A stretch of DNA of 64,000 nt from an uncultured bacterium (GCA_963827235.1 CAWHAE010000012.1:672001-736000), one strand, 5' to 3'; positions 19,449 to 30,322 are shown, counted from the stretch's first letter. Numbers and translations: made by a program. The notes: a model not told the origin generated them from the sequence alone.

Positions 19449-21377
19449 TCAGGCCAGGTTGGCGATCTGCACGGGCTCGATCTCGTCCGCCGGCGCGTAG
19501 CCGAATACCCTGGCGTAGAAGTAGAACTCTGCTTCCAGCGCCCGCTTGATGTTCGCGGATATGCGGAATCCGTGCTGTTCGCCTTCGAACGGCAGATACG
19601 CCACCGGCAGACCCTTCGCCTTTACGGCCTCGAACATCGAGATTGCCTGCGAGGGCGGTACCACCTTGTCCTCGAGACCCTGGAACAGGATGAGCGGGCA
19701 GGCCAGTCGATCCACGTAGCCGATTGGTGATCGAGCCAGGTAGATGTCTCGCCGCGCGGGATACGGCCCGACCAGCCCATCGAGGTAACGCGACTCGAAT
19801 TTGTGCGTGTCCCGCGCCAGTCCCTCGAGGTCGGTCACGCCGTAGTAGCTGGCTCCCGCCTTGAAGGCATCGCGGAAGGTCAATACCGCCAGGGTGGTGA
19901 ATCCTCCGGCGCTGCCTCCATCGATCACAAGGCGGCCGCCGTCGACCAGCCCGCGGTCCGCCAGATACTTGGCGCCGTTCACACAGTCGTCGACATCAAC
20001 TATGCCCCATCGCCCGTTGAGCCGCTCGCGATAGGCACGGCCGTAGCCGCTGCTGCCGCCGTAGTTGACGTCCAGTATGGCGAAGCCGCGGCTAGTCCAG
20101 TACTGGTAGGTCGGGCTGAACGCGCCCACGGCGTGCCCCGTCGGGCCGCCGTGACTCTTCACCAGCAGGGGAGGCTTCTCCCCAGCCGGCGCCTCGTAGC
20201 CCGGATTACAGGGCAGGTACAGGTAGCCGTAGGCTGTAAGGCCATTCTCGGTCGGAAACTCGATGTGCTCGGGGCGGGACACGTAGCTCGGATCGAGCCG
20301 CTGCGATGACCCCGGGCGCACGATCTCCCAGGTATCCGCCGCCACATCGCAGCGGGCGAGCGCGGGGGCTTCCATGGCCGATCCGGCCACGGCCCAGGCG
20401 GTGCTGCCGGTCACTTTGAGATCGTCAAAGCTCGAGAACCGGGTACCGATAGGGCGCAGCGTGCGCGCCGCCGTGTCGAGCACGGCAAGATGCGACGCGC
20501 CGCCTTGCAGGTAGGCGCAGATCAGCGTCCCTTCGTCGACAAAGCCATAGCTCGTCAAGCCGAAGACCCACTGGGGCTCACCGAACTCAGCCTCGAGCGG
20601 ATACAGCGCTTCAGCCTTTTCGCCGTTCAGACGATACAGGTTCCACCAGCCTGTGCGGTCGGAGACCCAATACAGTATGCCCGCCGGCGACCACGAAGGC
20701 TGGAAGATGGATTCCCCGCCGCCGCCGGCCACCAGCCTGGGTTCGCCGAGTTCTCCCTGGTCGGAAACCGGCGCCATCCAAAGTTCCGACGAGGTCCACG
20801 GCATCTCGGGATGATTCCACGACTGCCAGACCAGTGAAGTGCCATCTGGATTGAGACGCGGCGACGAATAGAAGTCGTAGCCGGAGGCGAGGACGCGCTC
20901 GTCGCTGCCGTCCAGCGCCAGGGACACGATCGTGTTGACCGCCTCTCGGCCGTCGATCCGATGATCTTCGCGCACCGAGATCAAGCTCTGCCTGCGGCGG
21001 TCGACCTCGAAATCGGCGTAGCGCAGGCCCGGCGCGGTCAACGGCTCCGGCTCTCCGCCGGGTGCTATCGCATACAGTCGCTGGTCGGCGAAGTTGGCGA
21101 AGTAGACTGTCCCGGCTGAGACGGTGAAAGTGCCGCCGCCATACTCGTGTACCCTCGTGCGGGCGTTCCAGGGCATGGGTGTGACGTCCGCGATACTGCC
21201 GTCCGCCGCGCGGCATCGGATGGCATAGCGACCGCCTTCATCCGGCCGTCGCTCGGTCCAGTAGACGCGATCGCCATCCGGCACGATCTCTTGAAACTGT
21301 ACGGCTCCGGCAACCACGAAGTCGGAGGAGATTGGTGATTTCCAGGTTCCGTACGGCGCGGTATGTCGTTGCTGCAT
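19449..21377 (-). CDS. S9 family peptidase (acylaminoacyl/prolyl oligopeptidase)
   Basis: APYGTWKSPI N-terminus, HGGPT, GGSAGG nucleophile, QGLEDKVV, EGEQHGF. Confidence 0.95.
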   Translation of the reverse strand: MQQRHTAPYGTWKSPISSDFVVAGAVQFQEIVPDGDRVYWTERRPDEGGRYAIRCRAADGSIADVTPMPWNARTRVHEYGGGTFTVSAGTVYFANFADQRLYAIAPGGEPEPLTAPGLRYADFEVDRRRQSLISVREDHRIDGREAVNTIVSLALDGSDERVLASGYDFYSSPRLNPDGTSLVWQSWNHPEMPWTSSELWMAPVSDQGELGEPRLVAGGGGESIFQPSWSPAGILYWVSDRTGWWNLYRLNGEKAEALYPLEAEFGEPQWVFGLTSYGFVDEGTLICAYLQGGASHLAVLDTAARTLRPIGTRFSSFDDLKVTGSTAWAVAGSAMEAPALARCDVAADTWEIVRPGSSQRLDPSYVSRPEHIEFPTENGLTAYGYLYLPCNPGYEAPAGEKPPLLVKSHGGPTGHAVGAFSPTYQYWTSRGFAILDVNYGGSSGYGRAYRERLNGRWGIVDVDDCVNGAKYLADRGLVDGGRLVIDGGSAGGFTTLAVLTFRDAFKAGASYYGVTDLEGLARDTHKFESRYLDGLVGPYPARRDIYLARSPIGYVDRLACPLILFQGLEDKVVPPSQAISMFEAVKAKGLPVAYLPFEGEQHGFRISANIKRALEAEFYFYARVFGYAPADEIEPVQIANLA

Positions 21378-21570
21378 CTTGGCTCCTTCGGGTCAAATCG
21401 TGTCCGCCTACTGCACGCAGGCGGGCCGGCGAATACGGAGACGGAAGAGCCGGACAGCGTTCGCGATGTCACGACGCTGTCCGCTCGCGGGCCGGTCTCG
21501 TCTCACCGCTGCACGTCAGTGTTCGAAATACGATACCGAGGGTATCACAGGTGGAGCGGTTGCAAGCTGC

Positions 21571-23463
21571 TCACTGCAGGTGATATTTCGATTGTTCTTC
21601 CAGCATACGCCTGTTGAGCTCCTGGCGCGACGCGATCAGATCGCGCGTCGGGCCCAGCAGCTCGCGTGCGGTCTGGCTGTCCACCTGGTCGAGCAGCGCG
21701 CCTTGCTCGCGCAGGCGACGGCCCTGTTCCAGGCGCTCGAGCCGCGATCGGTACACCCTGATCGCAGTCGCGGCCTTGTGCCGCTCGACCGGAGGTGGGA
21801 GCGGACCCTCCAGTATGCTGTCGAGCACCTCTGCTACATCGGGGCCGAGCAGCCGCCTCACCTGTGCCACGGACGGGGCTTCCGATGACCCGTGCACTGC
21901 CAGCACGGCCTCGACGATGAGCCCGCGTTGGGTGGACTGGAACGGGAGGTTCTCCAGCGCCTGCAGTGCTTGAGCATCGAGCGGCATGTGCTGCAAGACG
22001 AAGGCGAGCAGCTCGCTCTCGATTGCCTCACGTGGATCGCGGTCCTTCACCGCCTGCCGCAAAGCCGCGATCTCGGATTGCCGGGTAGTAGGCTGGCGCG
22101 CGGAGCGCCGGGCCTCGCCGCGCAGCCTGGCCAGCTCGCCGCGCAGTGCCGCGGTCTCGATGTGCGTGATCGTCTGCAAGCGTTCGAGGTAGGGCTGCTG
22201 CTGGCCGACCGCCGGTAGCTGGCCGATCAGCGGCAACAACTGAGCCAGCAGGTCCTGCGTGAACGACGGCAGGCGGCGGTCGAGCCCGCCCAGCACCAGG
22301 TCGAAGAGGTGATCCATGGCCGGTTTCGCCGCGGCAATCGTCTGTCGCCAGCGCTCGGGACTCTCTGCGATCAGCTCGTCGGGATCGTAGCCCTCGGGCA
22401 ACGCGGCAATGCACAGATCGAGAGGAGCCGGCTGAGCTCGCCCGACCGTGGGTACGCCGGTCGTCTTCGGTGACCGCGTGGCCACCAGGGCGCGCACTCC
22501 CGCTTCGGCCGCCGCCCGGGCTCCAGCAGGATCCGCGTCCAGGGCCAGGACGGTGCGAATCGTCGCCGCGTCACGGCCGCGCAGCCGGCTCAGCAGCGTG
22601 AGCTGCCCGACCGTGATCGCGGTGCCGAGGCTGGCGATCACATTGGTGAAGCCATCCTGGTGGGCGCGCAGGGCGTCCATGTATCCTTCGACGATCACCG
22701 CTTCGTGTGCCGTGCGGATCGTCTCCGCGGCTCTGTCGATCGTGTAGAGCACGGCGCTCTTGTCAAAGAGCGCCGTCTGGCGCGAGTTGAGGTACTTCGG
22801 CTGTCCGTCGCCCAGAATACGCCCGCCGAAGCCGCACACCCGGCCGCGCTCGTCGCGGATCGGGAAGATCAGCCTGCCGTGGAATGCACAGAAGGGCTCG
22901 CGGCCTTGATCGGAAGCCACCAGAATACCGGAGCTGAGCAGATCCTCGACGCTGATGCCTCGAGCAGGCAAGTCGCGCCGCATCCCCTCTCCCCAGTCTG
23001 GCAGATAGCCCAACGCGAAGCGCTCGATGGTAGTCTGCGTGATACCGCGTCCGGCGAGGTAATCACGGGCATCCTTGCCCGGAGTTGCCATCAGGGCCTG
23101 CTGGAAGTAGAGACTGACGGCCTGCAGCACGTCGTAGGCACGCGCCTCGCTTGCCTTTCGCCTCGCTGCTTCCGGGTCGAGCTCGATGCCGGTGCGGGCC
23201 GCCAGCGCCTGCAGAGCCTCGGGGAACTCGACCTTGTTCAGCAGCATATAGAAGCGGAAGATATCGCCACCCGCGTTGCAGCCGAAACAGTGGAAAGTAC
23301 CGCGTTCGGGCGAAACCACGAACGACGGCGTCTTCTCTTTGTGGAACGGACACAGTCCCTTGAGATTGCGACCGGCGCGCTGCAGCGCGACGCGCTCGCC
23401 TACCAGCGTCTCGATCGGCAGGCGCTCCTTGATCTGCTCGCGCTCGTCCGCCACGCCGTTCAC
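21571..23463 (-). CDS. dnaG: DNA primase
   Basis: CHC2 zinc finger (CPFHKEKTPSF..CFGC), PKYLNS, TOPRIM VEGYMD and DAD motifs. Confidence 0.96.
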   Translation of the reverse strand: MNGVADEREQIKERLPIETLVGERVALQRAGRNLKGLCPFHKEKTPSFVVSPERGTFHCFGCNAGGDIFRFYMLLNKVEFPEALQALAARTGIELDPEAARRKASEARAYDVLQAVSLYFQQALMATPGKDARDYLAGRGITQTTIERFALGYLPDWGEGMRRDLPARGISVEDLLSSGILVASDQGREPFCAFHGRLIFPIRDERGRVCGFGGRILGDGQPKYLNSRQTALFDKSAVLYTIDRAAETIRTAHEAVIVEGYMDALRAHQDGFTNVIASLGTAITVGQLTLLSRLRGRDAATIRTVLALDADPAGARAAAEAGVRALVATRSPKTTGVPTVGRAQPAPLDLCIAALPEGYDPDELIAESPERWRQTIAAAKPAMDHLFDLVLGGLDRRLPSFTQDLLAQLLPLIGQLPAVGQQQPYLERLQTITHIETAALRGELARLRGEARRSARQPTTRQSEIAALRQAVKDRDPREAIESELLAFVLQHMPLDAQALQALENLPFQSTQRGLIVEAVLAVHGSSEAPSVAQVRRLLGPDVAEVLDSILEGPLPPPVERHKAATAIRVYRSRLERLEQGRRLREQGALLDQVDSQTARELLGPTRDLIASRQELNRRMLEEQSKYHLQ

Positions 23464-23682
23464 CCATTCCGTGTTGGCGGTGCTCAGCTACGCGCCTACA
23501 CTTGGGCCCGCTTTCCGCCGCTGACTTGTTCATACCATGTGCGGCAAGGCATCACAAGGGAGTTTTCAGATCCTTCCTCCGGTCCATGCAGGGTTGACCA
23601 CTCGGGCCGGGCGGGCCAGCGCGGTCGTGAGTTGCCGGCGCCGGCAAGCAAGGCCGGCCTTCGTCCGGGTATCCTGGTCAGC

Positions 23683-24501
23683 ATGAACACATTTCTCTTC
23701 GATCTGGACGGCGTGATCTACCGCGACCGCGAGCGCGTACCCTTCGCCGCGGAAGCGATCGCGACCCTTCGCGCCGCCGGGCACCGCATCCTGTTCGCCA
23801 CAAACAACGCCACCCGGAGTCGCACCGAATTCGCCGAGCGCATCGCGGCCGCTGGCGTCGCCGCGCGGCCTGAAGAAGTTGCGACATCCGCGTCGACTAC
23901 GGCGGAGTACCTGCGTACCCTGGAGAGCCCGCCCCGGACCGCGATGGTGGTCGGCTCGGCGGCACTGGTAGCCGAGCTCCGGGCGGTCGGCATACGCGCC
24001 GTCGACGCGGCCGTCGACTCCGACGACCGGCCGGACGTCGTGGTCGCTGGCCTCGACCAGCACTTCACCTACGACAAACTGGCACGGGCCCAGCACGCGG
24101 TGCTTCGCGGCGCCGCGCTGGTAGCTACGAACCGCGACCCTCAATTCCCGGGTGCCAACGGGCGAATCTGGCCGGGAGCCGGTGCCATCGTCGCTGCCCT
24201 GGAAGCGGCCTGCCGGCGCCCGGCAACAGCTATCGGCAAGCCCGGCCCACTACTCTACAAAATACTGCTTGCCTCCGCCGGTGCCGACCCGGCGCGAGCC
24301 ATTGTGGTCGGCGACAGTCTGGTCACGGATATTCCGGCCGCCGAGGCCATGGGTCTGGCCTCCGTGCTCGTGCTGACGGGCGTGACCACGCGCGCTGAGC
24401 TGGCCGACTCGCAGGTGAGGCCGTCGCTTGTCGTGGAGAATCTTGCCGAGCTGGCTGCCATGGACACCGATTCTTTGCTGCCGTCGCGCGGCGCGACCTG
24501 A
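23683..24501 (+). CDS. HAD-IIA family hydrolase (NagD-like phosphatase)
   Basis: FDLDGV motif I, TNN, GKP, VGDSLVTDI. True start ATG 23683; the upstream part of the listed ORF is antisense to dnaG. Confidence 0.92.
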   Translation: MNTFLFDLDGVIYRDRERVPFAAEAIATLRAAGHRILFATNNATRSRTEFAERIAAAGVAARPEEVATSASTTAEYLRTLESPPRTAMVVGSAALVAELRAVGIRAVDAAVDSDDRPDVVVAGLDQHFTYDKLARAQHAVLRGAALVATNRDPQFPGANGRIWPGAGAIVAALEAACRRPATAIGKPGPLLYKILLASAGADPARAIVVGDSLVTDIPAAEAMGLASVLVLTGVTTRAELADSQVRPSLVVENLAELAAMDTDSLLPSRGAT

Positions 24502-24745
24502 GCATAGTGGCAGATGCATGCCGGGTTCCGCTGCGAGTCCGGGAAGAGGCGATCTCCATTGGTCCGAGTTTCCCCGGTGAGGGTGGATGGATACGTGTCG
24601 AGCCCACGGCCGGCGCGAGGCTCCGTGTTGAAACGGTGCCGGGCGCCCGGTCAGCCCGCCGGCGCACGTGCGTCGGCGGGCTCTCGGCTCGCGGAGCCGG
24701 CGTACGCGGCCGCGGTGCGCATCGCTCCGCCGTACCGCACGTCTA

Positions 24746-26059
24746 TTACTTCTTCACCGGCAGCAGGACCAGGTGAATGGTTGAAGGCGAGATGGTGTAG
24801 CGACCGAGACTCGCCGGCAGCTCGATGGTCGGTCTCAGGTTGTAGGTGCCCTGTACGAGGCCGCTCGCATTCACGTGGGCGGTGAGCCCGCCTACTGCCT
24901 TGACGTCGGTGTATGACCCCTTGACCGTGACCGCTTCCCACTGAACGTTGGTCAGCGCGCGCAGACGCGACGGGAGATTGTCCACGATCACCCTGGCCGC
25001 GAGCGTGCTCGTCACCTGTTGCGGCGAGACGCTGATCAACACGTGCACGGTCGTCGCCGCGGAGCTCAGCGCGTTGGTATTGCGGCTATACAGACTGACG
25101 CTGGATCCGAGGGAAGCGATATTGAGCTGGGTGGTGACGGTCATGGTGTGGGTGATACCTTGCAGCGGTATGAGATTCGTGGGCACCGCGCTCAGGTAGT
25201 TGACGACGCTCGGCGAGCCGAAGACCGTGACGGTCGGCGGAGTGACCTGCACCCCGTTGAGGAGATATCCTTCGGGCAGCAAGCCCGAGATGCTGGGCGT
25301 TACGGCCAGGGTCTTGTAGGCGAAGAGGACGCCCACCTGCAGAGTCACGGTCAGCCGCGAGCTGGAGAGCACGAGCCCGTCCGAGGCGACCGTGTTCAGC
25401 TGCTTGTCCTGCAGGATGGGAACGGAGCTGAACTGGTACTTGAACGAGGAGGTGCCGGCCGAAGGGGACTGGATCGAGCTGGTGGGCGGCTGTACGGTAG
25501 CCGTCTTCACACGGTCCACCAGGTGAGAAGGACCTGATATGGTCAGCACTTTCGGCGAGATGTCCTGCCCGATCAGGTCCTCCGTAGCGGGCAAGAAGTT
25601 GGCCCCAGTGAACTGCACCGGCACGGTATGCGAAACGACTGCCTCCAGCTGCACCGTGATGGAGCTCGGCTCCACGGTGTAGTCCACGCCCGACCGGCCC
25701 CCCGTAATGGTGATAGGCACCGTCACGGCACCACCGCTCGACGACGCCTTGCCGAGGTCGGCCACCGGCACGATCTGCTGCGCGCTGTTGACGGTGTTTT
25801 GCAGACCGTGGGCCGTGACGGTGACCGTCTTGTTCGGCTCTTCCACGGTGAGCCCTTTGGGCGTGATGAAGTGCACCTGCAGCGTGAACGGCTGACTGCG
25901 GATCACCGGGTTCTCCTGGTCGGTGACGTAATACCAGAGGGCCAGAGACATGACCAGGGCGATCAGCATGCGGGTGATCAGCGTGCTGCGTGAGATTCGC
26001 ACCTCGCCGGCGCCGGGCGTGCGGCCAAATGCGATGGTACGCAAGAGGTACGTGAACAC
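24746..26059 (-). CDS. cdaR: CdaR/YbbR-domain protein (diadenylate cyclase regulator)
   Basis: TM segment IALVMSLALWYYV followed by repeated YbbR-like beta domains (P..VTVxG). Lies directly downstream of cdaA. Start uncertain. Confidence 0.8.
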   Translation of the reverse strand: MFTYLLRTIAFGRTPGAGEVRISRSTLITRMLIALVMSLALWYYVTDQENPVIRSQPFTLQVHFITPKGLTVEEPNKTVTVTAHGLQNTVNSAQQIVPVADLGKASSSGGAVTVPITITGGRSGVDYTVEPSSITVQLEAVVSHTVPVQFTGANFLPATEDLIGQDISPKVLTISGPSHLVDRVKTATVQPPTSSIQSPSAGTSSFKYQFSSVPILQDKQLNTVASDGLVLSSSRLTVTLQVGVLFAYKTLAVTPSISGLLPEGYLLNGVQVTPPTVTVFGSPSVVNYLSAVPTNLIPLQGITHTMTVTTQLNIASLGSSVSLYSRNTNALSSAATTVHVLISVSPQQVTSTLAARVIVDNLPSRLRALTNVQWEAVTVKGSYTDVKAVGGLTAHVNASGLVQGTYNLRPTIELPASLGRYTISPSTIHLVLLPVKK

Positions 26060-26117
26060 GCGTGCGCGCTCACGGCTCAGACGAGACTGGCGGAGATCGG
26101 AGAGGGTGGGAATCACC

Positions 26118-26918
26118 TTACGACACCACCTGCAGCTCGTCGGCACGGTAGAAGGCGATAAGCATGCGCCTCAGGCGATCGCCAGTCAGGCCCCGCACGA
26201 GCTTGCCGTTCATGGCCATGGATATCATGCCCGTCTCTTCCGACACCACCACCGCTACCGCGTCGGTCACCTCCGTCACACCGATCGCCGCGCGATGCCG
26301 TGTGCCCATGTGCACGGCGCTGCCCACGTTCTCGCTGAGAGGCAGCACACACTTTGCGGCCACCACGCGATCGCCCTGAATGATCACGGCGCCGTCGTGC
26401 AGAGCGGCATTCTTGAAGAAGATGGCCTCGAGCAGCTCGAAGGAGACGGCAGCCTCCAATCTGGTACCGGTGGCCACGTAGTCCTGCAATCCCGTCTTTC
26501 GCTCGAGAACGATCAGCGCTCCGAAGAGTTGCTGTGAGAGGTGTTCGCAGGCCGCTACTATCTGTCCCACAGTGAAATCGGCGGCGGGCGCCGTCAGCGA
26601 GGCAAGTGGATGGTTGATGATGCGTGCTGTGCGTCCCACCTGCTCCAGCAGACGTCGCAGCTCGGGCTGGAAGATGACCGGTATGGCGACGATCAGGAAG
26701 GGTACGGAGTGCACTACCAACCAGCCGAGGACGGTGAGCTGTAGTGTGGAGGCCAGTACCGCACAAGCGATGACGAGCACCGCAATTCCGCGCAGCACCT
26801 GGTCTGCACGAGTCTGGTATGTCATCACGAGGAACCAGAAGAAGACAAGTGTGACAATGGCAATGTCGAGGGCACTTGCCAAATCCAGCCGTGACAGCGT
26901 CCAGCGCAACGAATCCAT
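26118..26918 (-). CDS. cdaA: Diadenylate cyclase CdaA/DacA
   Basis: Three N-terminal TM segments, FQPELRR, catalytic HDGA and GTRHRAA motifs, VSEETG. Confidence 0.96.
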   Translation of the reverse strand: MDSLRWTLSRLDLASALDIAIVTLVFFWFLVMTYQTRADQVLRGIAVLVIACAVLASTLQLTVLGWLVVHSVPFLIVAIPVIFQPELRRLLEQVGRTARIINHPLASLTAPAADFTVGQIVAACEHLSQQLFGALIVLERKTGLQDYVATGTRLEAAVSFELLEAIFFKNAALHDGAVIIQGDRVVAAKCVLPLSENVGSAVHMGTRHRAAIGVTEVTDAVAVVVSEETGMISMAMNGKLVRGLTGDRLRRMLIAFYRADELQVVS

Positions 26919-27330
26919 CGTAATCCTGCCCGTCAGCGGGTGGCTCTCTCGAAAGTGTAACAGGTTAAGTGCGGACCTCTATCCCCCGTTGAGTGCACCG
27001 AGAGAGCCCTATATGTAGACAATGCCATAGCAGCCGGATAGTGACGGGTCGGCGTGGGAATCGATTCAACCGGGCGCCGCTACCCGGGCTCCTATCCCAA
27101 CTATAGACGGCTAGCCGCCAAATCCGCGCCCCCGCAAGATCGACCGGCGATGTCGGCGTGGACGACACTCGCTTGCGGCGCGCTAACTGCGCTCCTGCTA
27201 GCCTGAACATATGATAGGAATCTCGCTCCTACGCTTTGGCGTGGGAGCGCGAGTACCCGGCCGGCTCCTGACGCGCGGTCCCGGCGTGGATAATTCTGGT
27301 CCGATCCGGCAGCCTCCAGCGACGCAGATC

Positions 27331-27380
27331 CCAAACGAGCATGGTCCGCGCCCAGGTGCGCGAGGACCATGCTCGTTTGG
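27331..27380. repeat. 17-bp perfect inverted repeat
   Basis: CCAAACGAGCATGGTCC (27331-47) and GGACCATGCTCGTTTGG (27364-80). Confidence 0.85.
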
Positions 27381-27493
27381 AGACACCGGGCAGCGCCGGG
27401 CGATGTGTGGGACTCGCAAGAAGGATAACCCGGGAGGGCCGGCCGGCGATGCGGCCCGTACGGGGTTCGGTTGCCAACGTGCGAAGGGAAGGC

Positions 27494-28972
27494 ATGGGAC
27501 AAATGGCCGAGGTTCGGGACTACATTGGCGGCGCCTGGCGTTTGCCGTCGTCCGGAAGTGGTGTGGAGGTGCGGAATCCGGCGACGGACGAGCTGCTGGG
27601 TCGCTCGCCGATCGGCTCCGCCCAGGATGTGCAGGCGGCGGTCGCGGCCGCCTCGCAGGCGTTTCCCGAGTGGCGTGCCACGCCGGCACCCGAGCGCGTG
27701 CAATATCTGTTCCGGCTGAAGCAGGCGCTGGAGACGCACTTTGACGAGATAGCGAGGCTGATCACGCTGGAAAACGGGAAGACGGTTGCTGAGGCGCGCG
27801 GCGAGCTCCGGCGTGGCATCGAGAACGTCGAGGTTGCTTGCGGCATTCCCACTTTGATGCAGGGCTATAACCTCGAAGACGTGGCACGCGGCATCGACGA
27901 GACGATGATCCGCCAGCCGCTCGGCGTGGTCGCCGAGATCACGCCGTTCAACTTCCCGGCTATGATCCCATTGTGGTTTCTGCCCTACGCGATCGCCTGC
28001 GGCAACACCCTCGTCGTCAAGCCTTCCGATCGTGTGCCGTTCACGATGATGCGCATCACCGAGCTGGTCGACGAGATCGGGCTGCCGAAAGGTGTGCTGA
28101 ATCTGGTTAACGGCGGCAAGGCGTCGGTGGACGCGCTGCTCGATCATCCGGAGGTGCAGGCGATCAGCTTCGTGGGCTCGTCGCCGGTAGCGCGCTACAT
28201 CTATGCCAGGGCGGCGGGCAACGGGAAGCGGGTCCAGTGCCAGGGCGGAGCGAAGAACTACGTGGTCGTGTTGCCCGACGCCGAGCCGGAGACGACGACG
28301 CAGATTATCGCCGACAGCGCCTTCGGCTGCGCCGGTCAGCGCTGTCTGGCAGTGTCGGTTGCCGTGGCGGTGGGCGAGGCACGCTCGTGGTTCAGCAAGT
28401 CAATTGCCGACACGGCCGGATCCCTGAAAGTCGGTTTTGGTCTTGACGAGGGAGTTCAAATGGGTCCGGTGATCAGCGCGGCCAGCGGCGAGCGCATACG
28501 CGGGCTGATTGCCAAGGGCGCCGAGGAGGGTGCGGTCCCGGTGGTGGACGGCCGCGGCACGCGGGTCTCCGGACACGAGCAGGGCTTCTTTGTCGGGCCT
28601 ACCGTCCTGGACGGCGTGACGCCCTCCAGCGAGCTCATGGAGACCGAGATCTTCGGGCCTGTCCTCAGCCTCATCCGGGCCAACGACGCGGACGAAGCTA
28701 TAGATTTGCTCTCGCGGAGCACTTATGGCAACGCGGCTTCGATCTTTACCACCAGCGGAGCGGCGGCCCGCAAGTTCCGAAACCAGGTACCGACCGGCAA
28801 CGTCGGCGTGAACATCGGCGTTGCCGCTCCGCTGGCATACTTTCCTTTCAGCGGCTGGAAGGGCAGCTTCTTTGGCGCTCTCCACGCGCAGGGCCGGGAT
28901 GCGATCGAGTTCTACACCGAGAAGAAGGTCGTGATCGAGCGCTGGCCTAAGGCGTGGTCAAGGCGGTTCTAG
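27494..28972 (+). CDS. iolA: CoA-acylating methylmalonate/malonate-semialdehyde dehydrogenase
   Basis: ITPFNFPAMIPLW, SFVGS, GAKN, FGCAGQRC and EIFGP motifs of MmsA/IolA. Confidence 0.9.
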   Translation: MGQMAEVRDYIGGAWRLPSSGSGVEVRNPATDELLGRSPIGSAQDVQAAVAAASQAFPEWRATPAPERVQYLFRLKQALETHFDEIARLITLENGKTVAEARGELRRGIENVEVACGIPTLMQGYNLEDVARGIDETMIRQPLGVVAEITPFNFPAMIPLWFLPYAIACGNTLVVKPSDRVPFTMMRITELVDEIGLPKGVLNLVNGGKASVDALLDHPEVQAISFVGSSPVARYIYARAAGNGKRVQCQGGAKNYVVVLPDAEPETTTQIIADSAFGCAGQRCLAVSVAVAVGEARSWFSKSIADTAGSLKVGFGLDEGVQMGPVISAASGERIRGLIAKGAEEGAVPVVDGRGTRVSGHEQGFFVGPTVLDGVTPSSELMETEIFGPVLSLIRANDADEAIDLLSRSTYGNAASIFTTSGAAARKFRNQVPTGNVGVNIGVAAPLAYFPFSGWKGSFFGALHAQGRDAIEFYTEKKVVIERWPKAWSRRF

Positions 28973-29197
28973 CAGTCTTCGCGGCGGTCGAATCAAGGCA
29001 GGGGCCGGAGAGCTTCGCACACGTGTGCATAGCGCTGGGCCGCCGCACGGTCAACGCCTCGCGATCGGCATAGGCCGAGGCCGGGAGCAACCGGCCACTC
29101 GGACCAGTCGGGGAGCGCAGCCCAAGGGTACCGCGGGTCGACGCCGCGCACACCGCCCAGGCATCGACCGGCTTGGGCGGCGTCCCGATCAACCTGA

Positions 29198-30110
29198 CTA
29201 GAGACCGATCGATGCCAGGTAGTCCCGGTTGCGGCGAGCGCTCGCCATCGGAGTACCCAGGCCGGGAAGCATGTCCTGCTCGACCACTATCCACCCTTTG
29301 TAGCCGGCCGCCTGCAGGGCGTCGCGCACCGCCGGGAACGGCACGCCGCCCTTGCCCAGCTCGCAGAACACGCCGTGGGCGACGGAGGTGACGCCGTCCC
29401 AGAGCTCGGTGCGCGAGCGGGCTGCCAGGTCCGGGGCGCAGTCTTTGAAATGAACGTGCCAGATGCGTCCGGCGTAGGCTTCGATCGCTTTCACCGGATC
29501 TCCTCCGGCGAACATCCAGTGGCCGGTATCGAAGCAGAGCCCGACCAGGTCGGGATCCGTCAGCTCGAGCATGCGCTTTGTCTCCTGATCGGTCTCGACC
29601 CAGGTGCCGATGTGATGATGGAACACCGTGCGCAGCCCGGTTTCCTCACGGACTCGCCGAGCCAGTCGCATTGCACCCGTGGACAGAGCATCCCAGGCGC
29701 GTTCATCCATCGCCATGGCGGGCGTCACCCGGCCGGCGTTCTTGGTGCGCATCGGATCCGCGTAAGGGTCGTTGCCGAGCACAACCACACACTCAGGACC
29801 ACCTACCTCCGCTAGCTGCCGGGCGGTGCGCACGGCATCGCGGATACTCTCCTCGTGCCGTTGGGGGTCGTGCAGGAACACGCTCACCCAGGAGCCGATC
29901 AGGGTCAGGCCGCGGGCCCGCAGTTCCTCGCGCAGCCGCACCGGGTCGGTAGGCATGAAGCCCCAGTCGCCAAGCTCTGTGCCCGCGTAGCCGGTCTGCT
30001 GCATCTCGTCCAGTACTCTGGCATATTGGTCGTTGGCGCCCTCTGGCCCCGCCCTCGATGCCCTCGATGACACCCCATGAGCAGGGGGCATTCGCCACTC
30101 GAAACATCAT
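29198..30110 (-). CDS. iolE: Myo-inosose-2 dehydratase-like TIM-barrel protein (IolE), apparent frameshift near 30045-30055
   Basis: ANAPCSWG N-terminus in one frame; GTELG, FHHHIGT, DTGH, HVHFKD and WIVVEQD in another. Confidence 0.75.
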
Positions 30111-30285
30111 CTTTCCTTCTCGCTGCAGCGCCTACCCGATTATCGATCGTATGAACACGTGTGCAAAGCAGATCCTAGCATGTGCGTGGGTCGATGTCAA
30201 AGCTCAGGTCGCATGCACCGCTGCTGCGCGGTACACTATCTATTAGCCCAAACGTTCCAGATCGATCCCGGACACCGGGCGTGGC

Positions 30286-30299
30286 AGAACGGACGTGCT
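30286..30299. promoter_or_regulatory. Candidate LexA (SOS) box upstream of uvrB
   Basis: AGAACGGACGTGCT matches GAAC-N4-GTTC with one mismatch. A second one-mismatch copy (GAACACGTGTGC) lies at 30153-30164. Confidence 0.45.
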
Positions 30300-30322
30300 T
30301 ACCTCGAGCGGAGGTCGCCCAC

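Noticed and set aside
22660-23682. N-terminal 341 aa of the listed 613-aa ORF
   Set aside because: Antisense shadow of dnaG; the HAD domain starts at ATG 23683.
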